A stretch of DNA of 64,000 bases from Neophaeotheca triangularis (taxonomy: Eukaryota): the NCBI GenBank assembly GCA_054600435.1, contig BAAIJX010000029.1:124001-188000 (forward strand), given 5' to 3'. Shown piece after piece: positions 53,347-64,000 of this stretch. Below the pieces are notes generated by a model. That model had not been told where the DNA came from. It ran no database searches and worked only from the letters and a program-made list of their open reading frames with translations. The position numbers and the translations under genes are program-made. How positions within the stretch are numbered: the stretch's first letter is position 1; each line of letters opens with the position of its first letter.

Positions 53347-56300
53347 ATGGTCTTCGTGGGGAAGTGGCGGAGGAGCTTCCAGAATTTGACTCAGATTCGC
53401 CGATACCACCAATACCAGCACAACTCCCAAACATCGCCTCTGCCGGTTCTACTGCTCGGCAAACGACACAACAACACTCGTCAATTCCCTTTCTCCATCC
53501 ACCAAACACGCATCATGGCCTCCACGACGGGTGAAAAGCCTGAGTGGACGGCTCCCAAAGTCCGTGCGGCTTTCCTCGAGTACGTCGCTGTCCCTGTGAG
53601 GTACCTAGGTATCAATAGGCAGAATGCGCAAAGTGCTGATATTGTGGTACTACTAGCTACTTCAAGCAGAATGGTCACACCTTTGTGCCCTCCTCCTCGG
53701 TGGTTCCGCTCGATGATCCGACCCTTCTCTTCACCAATGCCGGTATGAATCAGTACAAGTCTATCTTCCTGGGAACTGTTCAGCCCGGCTCGGATTTCGC
53801 CTCGCTGAAACGTGCGGTAAACTCGCAGAAGGTGAGTGCAATTATGATCTTGAAGGCTGGGATACCGTGCTGACACTTTACCAGTGCATTCGCGCGGGAG
53901 GCAAGCACAACGATCTCGACGATGTCGGCAAGGACAGCTACCACCACGTGAGTCACAGAGAAACGACCTCAATGCCCAGACGGCAATGCTAATTTGGTGT
54001 TCAGACCTTCTTCGAAATGATGGGAAACTGGTCTTTCGGCGATTACTTCAAGAAAGAGGCCATCACCTACTCCTGGGAACTGCTAACCAAGGTCTTCGGT
54101 CTCGATCCCGACCGCCTCTACGTGACATATTTCGAAGGCAAAGCCGACGCTGGGCTCGAGCCTGATACCGAGGCGCGAGACTACTGGAGATCCGTCGGCG
54201 TTGCTGACGACCATATTCTCACCGGTGACATGAAGGACAACTTCTGGGAGATGGGTGATCAAGGACCTTGCGGGCCGTGTTCGGAAATCCATTACGACAG
54301 GATCGGTGGCAGGAACGCTGCGCATCTTGTCAACCAAGATGACCCGAACGTGCTTGAGATCTGGAATAACGTCTTTATCCAATACAACAGGGAACCGGAC
54401 AGGTCATTGAAGCCCCTGCCAAACAAGCACGTTGATACTGGTCTTGGATTCGAGCGACTGGTCTCTGTACTTCAGAACAAATACTCCAACTACGACACCG
54501 ATGTTTTCACGCCCCTCTTCGAGAAGATAAAAGAAGTCACTGGAGCGAGAGAATACCGTGGCAAGTTCGGCGACGACGATCCAGATGGAATCGACACTGC
54601 CTACAGAGTCATCGCCGATCACGTCCGCATGTTATCTTTTGCCATCGCCGACGGCGGTATCCCGAACAATGTCGGCAGAGGTTACGTCGTGCGAAGGGTT
54701 CTCCGACGTGGCGCACGCTACGCGAGAAAATACTTCAACACGGAGATTGGTGACTTTTTCGCCAAGATCATCCCGACGCTTGTGAACCAGATGGGAGAAA
54801 TGTTCCCAGAGATTCAAAAGAAGCAGGGAGACATCAAGGAGATCTTGTGCGAGGAGGAGCTGTCGTTCGCCAAGACTTTGGACCGCGGAGAAGCCATGTT
54901 CGAGAAGTACGCTCAGCAGTGCAAGATTCGTGATTCCAAGGAGTTGGCCGGTGCGGACGTGTGGCGTCTGTATGATACGTACGGTTTCCCGACAGATCTT
55001 ACAAGGCTCATGGCTGAGGAGAGAGGCTTGACCATCAACGAGGATGCCGTTTCGGAGGCGCAGGAGAAGGCAAGAGAGGCTAGCAAGGGTGAGAAGAAGG
55101 CCGGAGCTGAGCTGGTCAAGCTTAACGTTCACGACATCAACGCCCTGGAGAAGATGCCCGGTGTACCCAAAACCGATGACTCGCCCAAGTTCCAGCGGGA
55201 CAACATTCACGGAAAGATCACTGCCATCTATCACGGCGGCAAGTTCTTGGAAAACACTTCCGAACTTCCCGAGGGCGCGCAGTTTGGCTTGATCCTCGAC
55301 CGAACAAACTTCTATGCCGAGCAAGGTGGTCAAGAATACGACACTGGTCGCATTCTTATCGACGGCGAGGCCGAAGTCGATGTCACCAACGTGCAAGTCT
55401 ACGCAGGCTACGTAATGCACACTGGCTACATGAACTACGGCAGCCTCAAGACGGGCGACGGAGTCCTCTGCGAGTACGACGAGCTCCGTCGCCAACCGAT
55501 TCGCAACAACCACACCGGCACGCACATTCTGAACTTTGCACTTCGCGAGGTCCTCGGCGAGGAGATCAACCAGCGCGGCTCCCTTGTCGCTCCCGAAAAG
55601 ATGCGCTTCGACTTCAGCTACAAGACTAGCATCCCGGATGAGCAACTCCTCCAAATCGAAGAGAAGTCCACTTCCTACATCCGACAAAACAGTGAAGTTT
55701 ACGCCCTCGACGTCCCCCTCGCCACTGCCCGCAACATCGAAGGCGTCCGCGCCGTCTTCGGCGAAACTTACCCAGACCCCGTTCGCGTCGTCTCCGTCGG
55801 TGTTCCCGTCGAGGAACTCCTCGAAGACGTCAAGCGCAAAGACTGGGCCAACGTCTCGATCGAATTCTGCGGCGGAACCCACGTCAAAAACACCTCCGAA
55901 ATCAAAGACTTGGTCATCGTCGAAGAATCCGGCATCGCCAAAGGCATCCGCCGCATCATCGCCTACACCGGCCCGCGCGCCCACGAAGTCCAACGTGAAG
56001 CCGCCGACTGGGACTCGCGCGTCTCGCAACTCGAGAGCATGCCCTACAGCGCCGACAAGGAAGCCACGACCAAGGACTTGCAGCACAAGCTCGGCAGCCT
56101 GGAGATCTCGGCCGTCGCGAAGTCCGCCCTCCGCGACAGCATCGCCAAGGTCGTCAAAGCGAACCTCGACCAGCAAAAGGCCGTCCAAAAGGCCGAGAGC
56201 AAGCGCGTCATGGACACCATCACGGATTACTTTGCGCAAAACAAAGACAAAGCCTCTTTCGTCACCAAAGTCAACGTCGCACCGGGTTCCAAGGCCGTGC

Positions 56301-56596
56301 ATGAAGGCATCAAGACCGTCTCTTCCAAACTCAAGGACAAGACCGTCTACATCCTCGGTGTCACGGACGCCGCCGAAGGCGAGGGAGCTGGCAGAGTCGC
56401 TCACGGCTGCCATGTCAGTGCCGATGCCCAGGCGAAGGGTGCTGATGCGAGTAAGTGGGCGAATGGGGTTGCCGGTGTTGTTGGCGGTAAGGCTGGTGGC
56501 AAGGGTGCGACGAGTTTGGGGCAGGGTGTCGATGGGAGCAAAGCGGATGAGGCAGTGGAGGAGGCTAGGAAGTATCTAGAGGGGCTTGGCTTGTGA
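53347..56596 (+). CDS. ALA1: Alanyl-tRNA synthetase (cytosolic start ATG 53515, putative mitochondrial start ATG 53347); introns 53580-53656, 53832-53884 and 53948-54004
   Basis: [63 protein letters not shown], editing motifs HTGTH and EFCGGTH, and a C-terminal GGKAGG. Confidence 0.97.
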
Positions 56597-57167
56597 GTGT
56601 TGGCGAGTGGGACGAAGTGAATATGGATCGGTGGTAGAGTTGTTTGCTATGCATCGTTTTTGAATGCTTCTTCGTTTTGACGTCCGAAAGGTGTGTTCCG
56701 ACCACAACTTTCTCTTGAGTACGCCTAGTCAACATGGAAAGAAGATAGGGAGAGTCATAATGGTCCATACGACTCTCACACCATCTCTGGTCATGGTCAT
56801 GGTCATCACCGCAAAAGATCCGCATAATCAAGTCAGGACTGCGTTGTCGTAGACAGTTTGATACTCAAACGCTAGCCCTAAGATATCGCATATCATCGGC
56901 TGAAGGGTTCCTTCCGACCTCGGCAACTGAATAATGACTTCGATATCCGCATTCGCTGAGCCGATGATTGCGGGGAGCTCCAGCTTGCTTGCCGAGCAAC
57001 CTCACCTCGACTCGACGATTGAGGTACATCCCAACTTTCCGCGAAGGACAACTCTCTTGCTAAGCAAGGTCAATCGAGAACAGTCTCTTTAGCTAGCAGA
57101 CTGCCCTGTTACAATAAAGTGAGACAGCCCTAGTTCCAGCTCTTCGGCCTCGTTATCCTCTTCGACC

Positions 57168-59087
57168 ATGGCAGCCAGACGAGCCGTCTCGACTCGCACC
57201 CTCGCAAACCTCTCCCTGCGTCCTTCTACAACCCGCGTAGCCTCCCGAGCAGTCTCAAAGATGCCTCAATCCCCAAATGCCTCCACGAATGCAGTCCGCA
57301 GACTACACGCTACGACTTCGCAGCTCCAGTCTGCAGCAGCAGCAACCACCAGCGCTGCTAGCAACCCCACCTCCTACCCGACTACCCACGAACAGATCCA
57401 ACAACCCCTCGACACGCAAAACTTCATTGACAACGCCTTCTCCGCCTCGCAAGCCACTCAATGGATCGACCTCCACGACCCTGCCACCAACAACCTCGTC
57501 ACCCGTGTGCCGCAGTCCACAGACGCCGAACTCCTCGCCGCAGTCGACAGCGCAGAAAAAGCCTTTCCAGCCTGGAAAGCCACTTCGCTGCTCGCGCGCC
57601 AGCAAATAATGTTCAAATTCGTCGCTCTGATCCGCGAACACTGGGACCGTCTGGCTGCGAGCATCACTCTGGAACAGGGCAAGACCTTTGCCGACGCAAA
57701 GGGCGATGTCCTGCGTGGCTTGCAGGTCGCGGAAACCATGTGCGGTATCACGACGCAAATGCCTGGGGAGGTTTTGGAAGTGGCCAAGGATATGGAGACG
57801 AGGTCGTACCGCGAGCCCATCGGCGTGACGGCTGCGATTTGCCCTTTCAACTTCCCTGCTATGATTCCGCTGTGGAGTATTCCAATCGCGGCTGTGACGG
57901 GCAACACGATCATCGTCAAGCCTTCCGAACGGGATCCGGGCGCTATGATGATTCTGGCAGAATTGATCGAGAAGGCCGGTTTCCCGCCGGGTGTTGTCAA
58001 CGTCATCCACGGTTCTGCGAAGACTGTGGATTTCATTCTAGACGAGCCTAGGATCAAGGCCGTGAGCTTCGTCGGCAGCAATAAGGCTGGTGAGTACATC
58101 TACCAGCGCGCTAGCGCCAATGGTAAGCGTGTGCAGGCGAACTTGGGTGCCAAGAATCACGCTGCTGTGCTGCCGGACTGCAACAAGAATCACGCTCTCA
58201 ACGCCATCTCTGGCGCGGCTTTCGGCGCTGCTGGGCAAAGGTGTATGGCTCTCTCGACGCTCGTCTTGATCGGCGAGACAAAGGACTGGGCGCCGGAGCT
58301 TGCGGAGCGGGCTAAAAACTTGTCCATGAATGGTGGTTTCGAGGAGGGTGCGGACTTGGGCCCGGTTATCAGCCCGGAAGCCAAGAAGAGGATTGAAGGC
58401 CTCATTGCTTCTGCGGAGGAGGAAGGCGCGACTATCCTCATGGATGGCCGTGGCCAGAAACCAGAAAAATACCCCAACGGCAATTGGGTAAGCTCCCTCC
58501 CCATCCCATCCAAACCCCTCGACACAAAAGTAACCCCCGCTAACAAAACCCATCGCTCAGGTCGGCCCGACCATCATCTCAAACGTAACCCCAGACATGA
58601 AATGCTACCGTGAAGAAATCTTCGGCCCGGTGCTGGTCTGCCTGAACGTACCGACCCTCGACGACGCCATCAAACTCATCAACGACAACGAATACGGCAA
58701 CGGCGTGGCCTGCTTCACCACTAACGGCGCCACGGCCACGCGCTTCCAGAAGGAAGTCGAGGCCGGGCAGGTCGGTATTAACGTGCCAATCCCTGTTCCT
58801 TTGCCTATGTTTAGCTTTACTGGTAAGTCTACATATCTCAATTCGAGGACGCTGTGATCTGGATATGGATGCCTTCACTTTTGGCTTGAAATGTTGGGAT
58901 GGTTTTGCTGACTACTCCTGTGTGTTTTACAGGTAACAAACGCTCCGTCGCCGGCGGTGGCGCCAATACTTTCTACGGCAAGCCTGGCTTGAACTTTTAC
59001 ACGCAGTTCAAGACTGTGACGAGTTTCTGGAAGAGCGAAGACGCGAGTAGCACCAAGGCTGCTGTGAGTATGCCTACAAATTCGTGA
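57168..59087 (+). CDS. mmsA: Mitochondrial methylmalonate-semialdehyde dehydrogenase (ALDH6); introns 58488-58560 and about 58824-58932
   Basis: Arg-rich presequence; [57 protein letters not shown] and FSFTGNK. Confidence 0.95.
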
Positions 59088-59471
59088 GGGGAGTTTGGTC
59101 TATGACAACGTGAACATTTATGAGCGATGAGGGCGGGTGTTGGGGGTGGGCCGCTTGTTAGGGAATCAAAATGTATACTGATGTCTTTGGGATCAAACTT
59201 GACCGACTGCCACTTGTGGGTGCGGATTTTTTCTCACGTCTCTTCCGTTAGTCTCTAAGGTACAGTTATGTGAGATCTACCCATACCCAGGGGCCATTGA
59301 TGCGATTCCCAAAGGGTGTAGCGTAATCGGAAAGGGCGCTCGGTCCGAGCTTCACGTGCCAAGACAGCTGTATGTAACTTCATCAGTGCTATTCTGGGGA
59401 TAGCGAGCATGAGATGCGTGTTGTAGTCTTATAGCAGCACTGTATTGCATTTCATCGGACTAGGAAATCAT

Positions 59472-60530
59472 ATGCCGAGTACAAAGGAGATCGAGACATC
59501 GTTGCCTCTCACGGCTCCCGCGCCAGTCAGAAAGGCTCCACAAGGATATAATTTCCTTGTCTACATTACTGCAAATTTAGATAAGAAGCAGCGAGAAACC
59601 TTGCAGTTCGACATCCACGACTATTCGAACACCGCAAAAGTCTCGAAGTTCGCGCCAGGCAACTATACAGGAAAATCTATCCGAGAAGTCTACCAGCAGC
59701 ATCTCAACATCCGCGACAACGAGCCAACAGCACACCCGACCCTCTTCATCGTCGCAGATGGCATCGACTGGAAGACGCATGGGCTCCTCGTCCTCGATCT
59801 TGCTGTACGCACCGAAGAGAGACACCCGAGACATGTCATCGGCGTCGTTCGCACAGCCGCGTCTGGTGCCCTGGGGGCAGAAATTCTCGGCATGAACCTA
59901 GAGATCGGGAATAGGACCTGGACGGAGGTCAAGAAGACCGAAATGACCGAGTTTGGCGGCGAAGACCCGCTGTCGAATCGCCGCTACTACCTCGTTGACC
60001 CGCGGACTGCGGAATCGCCTGTGTATGACTCTGTGGTGTATGCCTGGTATAGTCTTGCTAGACGCGGTGGGTAGTACTTCCACCCGCGATGAAACACCAC
60101 TGACTAACCAATTCTCCTTACTGTCGTTTCAGCAAAGGCGATTGCGAGGCTTTTGGAACCAGGAGTAGGCGACATGGACGAGGGGGAATCTCGTTTCGCT
60201 CTACAGGACCGTCCTACTGCTTCCGAAGCGGAACCATGGGACGTTATTAGACGTCAGCATCCGTGGGCTTGCCTCTCGTCGCAGCGGGTGCATCGCTGGC
60301 TGTTGCTTGTAGCTCTTGAGACCGACGCCGATACGGAGAAAGGCATGGCGATCTACAAGGCTAAATGGAATGCGGATCTCTCGGGCTTTGGCTGGGATAT
60401 AAACAAGGCCGATGTGCGCCCGGAGGATAAGGAGAGGCTGCTTGGTGTTATGCCAGAGCTGGAGTTCGTGGAATATGTGTCTGCTAGCAAGGCGTTGGAG
60501 CGGCTGGATGCTATTGATGAGCAGTGTTGA
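59472..60530 (+). CDS. Hypothetical protein of unknown function, 2 exons (intron about 60068-60132)
   Basis: Two long ORFs joined in frame by a GTGGGT...CTAAC...CAG intron; globular-looking sequence with no recognised motif. Confidence 0.65.
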
Positions 60531-60826
60531 TTGGGATTGCAGCTGCAAACGCTCTTCTGCGGGACACATCGTCGGCCATGACAGAGATTATACAGCCACC
60601 ACTGAGGTCTCGAATGCATCCCTTGGCCAAGCTTTTAGCAGCGTTTTCGCAGCCGTGTTGGAGCCAATGTTGTCCCGTCCATGCCACTAGTCAACACCCT
60701 TCTACACCAGAACGAAAGTCTCTTCGGGAACCACCTTGGCACGCCTATTTCCTGCCCAGGGCGTGTTGCGGCACCATGAAAGTCGCAGCTTCGACAAAAC
60801 GCACGAAAATGGAACGCGGGTCAAGA

Positions 60827-63198
60827 CTAGACCAGAATAAACGTCTCCTCCGGAACACCTTGTTCCCGTCTCTTCCGAATCCAGGACCCATCCATGATGC
60901 CGTGAATATAGCAAATCCCGCACCACCAGTATCTTCCGTGTTGACTGGGCACCGGGCGAAGGATGCCAGGCCATTTGAAGCCGTTGAGCACCACCGCAAT
61001 ATCTCCTGGCTGTGTCCCTCGCGGCCCCAGGCCAAAAAAGCCCGTCGATGTCAAGAAGAACTGCCGATTACGACAAGCTGTCGCTGCATTTTCTACATCT
61101 GCTGCCAGGAGTTGTGTAGCTTGCTCGCTCGAGGACTGCTCGCCGGGCTGCGTGCCTCGCAGGTTCTGACTGCTAATTATGCGGTCAAATGCACTCGATG
61201 TCTGTGCGGCATTGCAACGCACGTTTCCAGAGCGGCTGCCCCCAAAGATAGTTGACTTGAACGCCGAGTCCAAACCAGCGTTGTCGCTATAGCGTTCGAG
61301 TGTTGGGGGATGTTTTTGGAGCTCCTCGAGGCAATGGAGCGTCTCTGTCAACCACGATGCGGTATCCTCTTGCGGATGCGGTAGTGGCGAAGCATGGGCA
61401 AAGTCGATAAGCTCGTCGATGCTCACGCCGGTAGTCTTCAGTTCGAGCTCTTCATCGTCATCTTCGTCAGTGCCAGAGGGTTGATACGGTTTTCGGTCGT
61501 TAGCTTTACACCACAGTGCCAAAACATCGGTGTCGGATGAGCTGTCCCACGCCTCGCGGAAGTCGGGTACCCACGAAGGTAGTTGCCCAGAGGCTAGGAG
61601 ACTCTCACGGAATCGAGGTCTCCATAGGACTCTTTCAAGCATCAGAGCGCGCTCTTGATCCACTGCTACCCTGGTGACTTGTGCATAGACTTTGTTCACT
61701 GGCAGGCTGTAGTCCGGCTCGATTCTGGCCTTTGCGTAAGGCGACATAGCAAGCAGGCTGTATATTCGATCATGTTCATGCGAGCATTTGAAGGGGATGG
61801 CTTCCCGCAGTAAGAATGCGAAAGACTTTTGCCTGATCCGGTTGTCTTCTGGGCTGTTCGTTAACCTCGAGTGGTGGTACAAGGTCATGATGCAAAGCAG
61901 GTTACTCTCCAAGATCTTATCGTGGCGGCCCAAGGCCCTTTCAATGAATTTATTGTGTCTTGATGCCCACAGTGCAGCCTCGAGAACAGACCGGAGGCTA
62001 AACGACCAACGATGGTGGGAATGGTTGGTATCAGGTTGCAGCCCAGTAAGAGAACAGAAACACTCATTCTCACTGGCCAACGCTACCTCTTGAAGAACCC
62101 AGAGCCTCCTGCAAGATGTTAACGCTGTTTGCCTGCACTTTATCATGGGGTGACTTACTGGAACCATGGTAACGCTAGTACATTCAATAGCGCATCTTGA
62201 TACTGCGTTGTCAAACCTGGGCTGGCTCTCCTGAAACCACCCTGGAAGAGAGCATCCGAGAAATCCCCTGAATTTCCAAGTGCGGCGGTATTGGTAATGC
62301 GATGCGTCAGTTCCCTGACTGCCACTGCCACCAGTGAAGCGTCGTGTTCGCCAAGGAATATGAGATTCCGGCGACTTCGCCGGTATATCAAGCCCATGAG
62401 TTTGATCTGACTGCTTTTCTCTACGTTGTCCTCCTGAAGGATGCAGATGGCGTCGATCCAAAGCATGCGGTCGTGTCTTTCATCTCGCATACACCTCAGC
62501 GCTGCGTAAGAACTGGCTGGTACGTCCGTTGGCATGAAATCTTCTCGTGTGCCCACAGGGGTGTCTACGAGGAATATAGTCTCTCGACTTGTGGCGTCGC
62601 CCCAAAAATAGGATATCGTCTCGTAACTAGCCGAAGCAGCCATATCCACGTACACGAACCTTGCGCGAATTGGTTGGTCCCAACGGCCAGCTAGCACTTG
62701 CAGTAACCTAATCTCCTTTCTCCGAACACGAAGGGGTCGATATGGTGGGGCTTTGCAGGCTTTCCATACGTATCTCCTGGATCGAATCTCCGCGAGCAAG
62801 GTTGACCCATCGAACAAATGTATATTCGTGTGGAACACGTCGAGGACCGAAAGAGAAGAAGGCGTTAACTCAGGGTACGTTGCAACTGCTAGCAGCCTTC
62901 CTTCGAGCGGAACTTCACCATGTATCCATGAAGTCAGTGGTAGGGACAAGCATCTCTCGTAAAGGCGAACGCCTTTGCTCTCTACGCTCATGCGTATGGT
63001 GGCTTCACCATCGTTCTGCTTGAATAGTCTTGCCGACAACTGATTCTCCTCCCCGTATTTTATGTTAGCAGGCTTTAGTATTGTCTCAAAACCAAACGAA
63101 AATCTGGGAAAGGGAGTGTAACAGATACCGGATTCATCGACGTAGGTAAATTCCACGCTCCGGCGTCGGACGGGAGCTCTACGCGGAAGCGAGGCCAT
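60827..63198 (-). CDS. HET-domain (HET-6-like) heterokaryon incompatibility-type protein; intron 62109-62158
   Basis: YRPL...EIRLL, YETISYFWG, LWIDAICILQED..EKSSQIKLMGLIY, spliced WFQRLWVLQE, DRIYSLL, PDYS, LPSWVPD, FFLTSTGFFGLGP...GDIAVVL and GICYIHGIMDG. Confidence 0.9.
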
Positions 63199-63479
63199 GC
63201 TCTTGCCGAAAAAAAAAAAAAGGAATGGAAGACAGGAACGCGCTCGGAGCTGGCAGTTCAAGACTGTTATAGGCAGGTGCTGCAGGCTGCAGCGACAGCT
63301 CCACGCCACTTCGCTTGAGCTGTTCGCTTCGCCACAATGCATGCATGTCACAAGGCCAACGAAAAAAATGCAAACCAACCTTGGCTAGTAAATACCTATA
63401 CCATACCCACTTCGAGACCAACTTGAAGATCCACCAAACACGACCATGTGCCAAAAAAATAAAAACTAGGGAAGAAAAG

Positions 63480-64000
63480 AAAAAACACCTCAAGCCTGCT
63501 GCGTTCCAAAACCAAGAGTAAGGCGCCGGCACCGCCACTCCACCCTGGAGGTACTCCGTAGCATGAGTGCGACAAGTAAAAGTGCTAACCGAGCCCAAGA
63601 CCTTGGGAGCAACGATCCGGGTGACAATGCTTGTGACGGTGACAACGCCGCCACCTGAGCAGCTGGGGCTGGTGATTGTCGCCCCGGGAGCGGTGGATAT
63701 TACGGTTTCGCTACCGATGGTGATTGTGATGATCTCGCCGGGGAGGGTGATTGCCTCGGCGGGGAGGATGCTGGTTTCGTAGAAGGCTTGGCCGCCGCTG
63801 GTGACGGGTTCGACGATGGCCGGGGGTGAGGGAATGGCTATTGTGACGACCTGGGAGATTCTGATTGGGATGGTGGTTGTGGTTACTGCGGTTGTGCTGG
63901 CGGTTGCTAAGAGGCAGATGATACTGACGACGGTTGAGACGCCGTAGGTGGAGGTGAAGGTCTCGCCGGGGAAGCGCAGGTCGAGATTGCCGTTGAGACG
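63480..64000 (-). CDS. 3' part of a Thr/Val/Ile-rich protein, possibly secreted or cell wall; 5' end outside the window, 3' end uncertain
   Basis: Open minus frame from the window edge (RLNGNLDLRFPGETFTSTYG...ITLPGEIITITIGSETVISTAPGATITSP...) with C-ending codon bias. The frame stays open to 63179, overlapping the HET start, so the true stop is unclear. Confidence 0.5.

Noticed and set aside
54632..56413. Long antisense or alternative-frame ORFs over ALA1, and likewise over myoA, MMSDH, SDR and GH16
   Set aside because: Shadow ORFs caused by strong C/G third-position codon bias, with no recognisable motifs.
59315..59352. tRNA A-box/D-arm-like TAGCGTAATCGG...CGCT
   Set aside because: No T-arm (GTTCRA) and no acceptor stem.

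Overview
This is eukaryotic DNA from a filamentous ascomycete. The evidence is short GT-AG introns with CTAAC/CTGAC branch sites, RIP-type mutation of repeats and Pezizomycotina-type genes; a Dothideomycete affinity is only an impression. Most of the window is single-copy genes: a fungal transcription factor fragment, a GH43 pseudogene, a Zrc1/Cot1 zinc transporter, a DUF202 protein, a GprM-like GPCR, an Mpd1-like PDI, Vta1, class I myosin, an SDR, a Skg3/Caf120-like PH protein, a BAH-PHD chromatin reader, an NAD epimerase, a GH16 glucanase, alanyl-tRNA synthetase, methylmalonate-semialdehyde dehydrogenase, a HET-domain protein and several hypothetical proteins. In the middle (21732-30640) a Tc1/mariner DNA transposon with intact TIRs and a TA target duplication carries a complete 7.27-kb Ty3/Gypsy chromovirus (482-bp LTRs, ATTAG target duplication). 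Both elements are full of RIP-type stop codons. The most interesting signals are: (1) an antisense ORF in the retrotransposon that, once RIP changes are reverted, reads as a compact Gal4-like protein (Zn2Cys6 cluster, coiled coil, acidic-aromatic tail), together with a 3 x 56-bp motif array in each LTR, which suggests a self-regulating element; (2) a GH16 glucanase with a cationic Trp/Arg/His segment and 19 tandem (V/I)(D/N)W-x-x pentapeptides; and (3) a recurring C-rich to G-rich sense-strand switch at gene 3' ends. All family calls come from recognising motifs by eye; no database searches were run.
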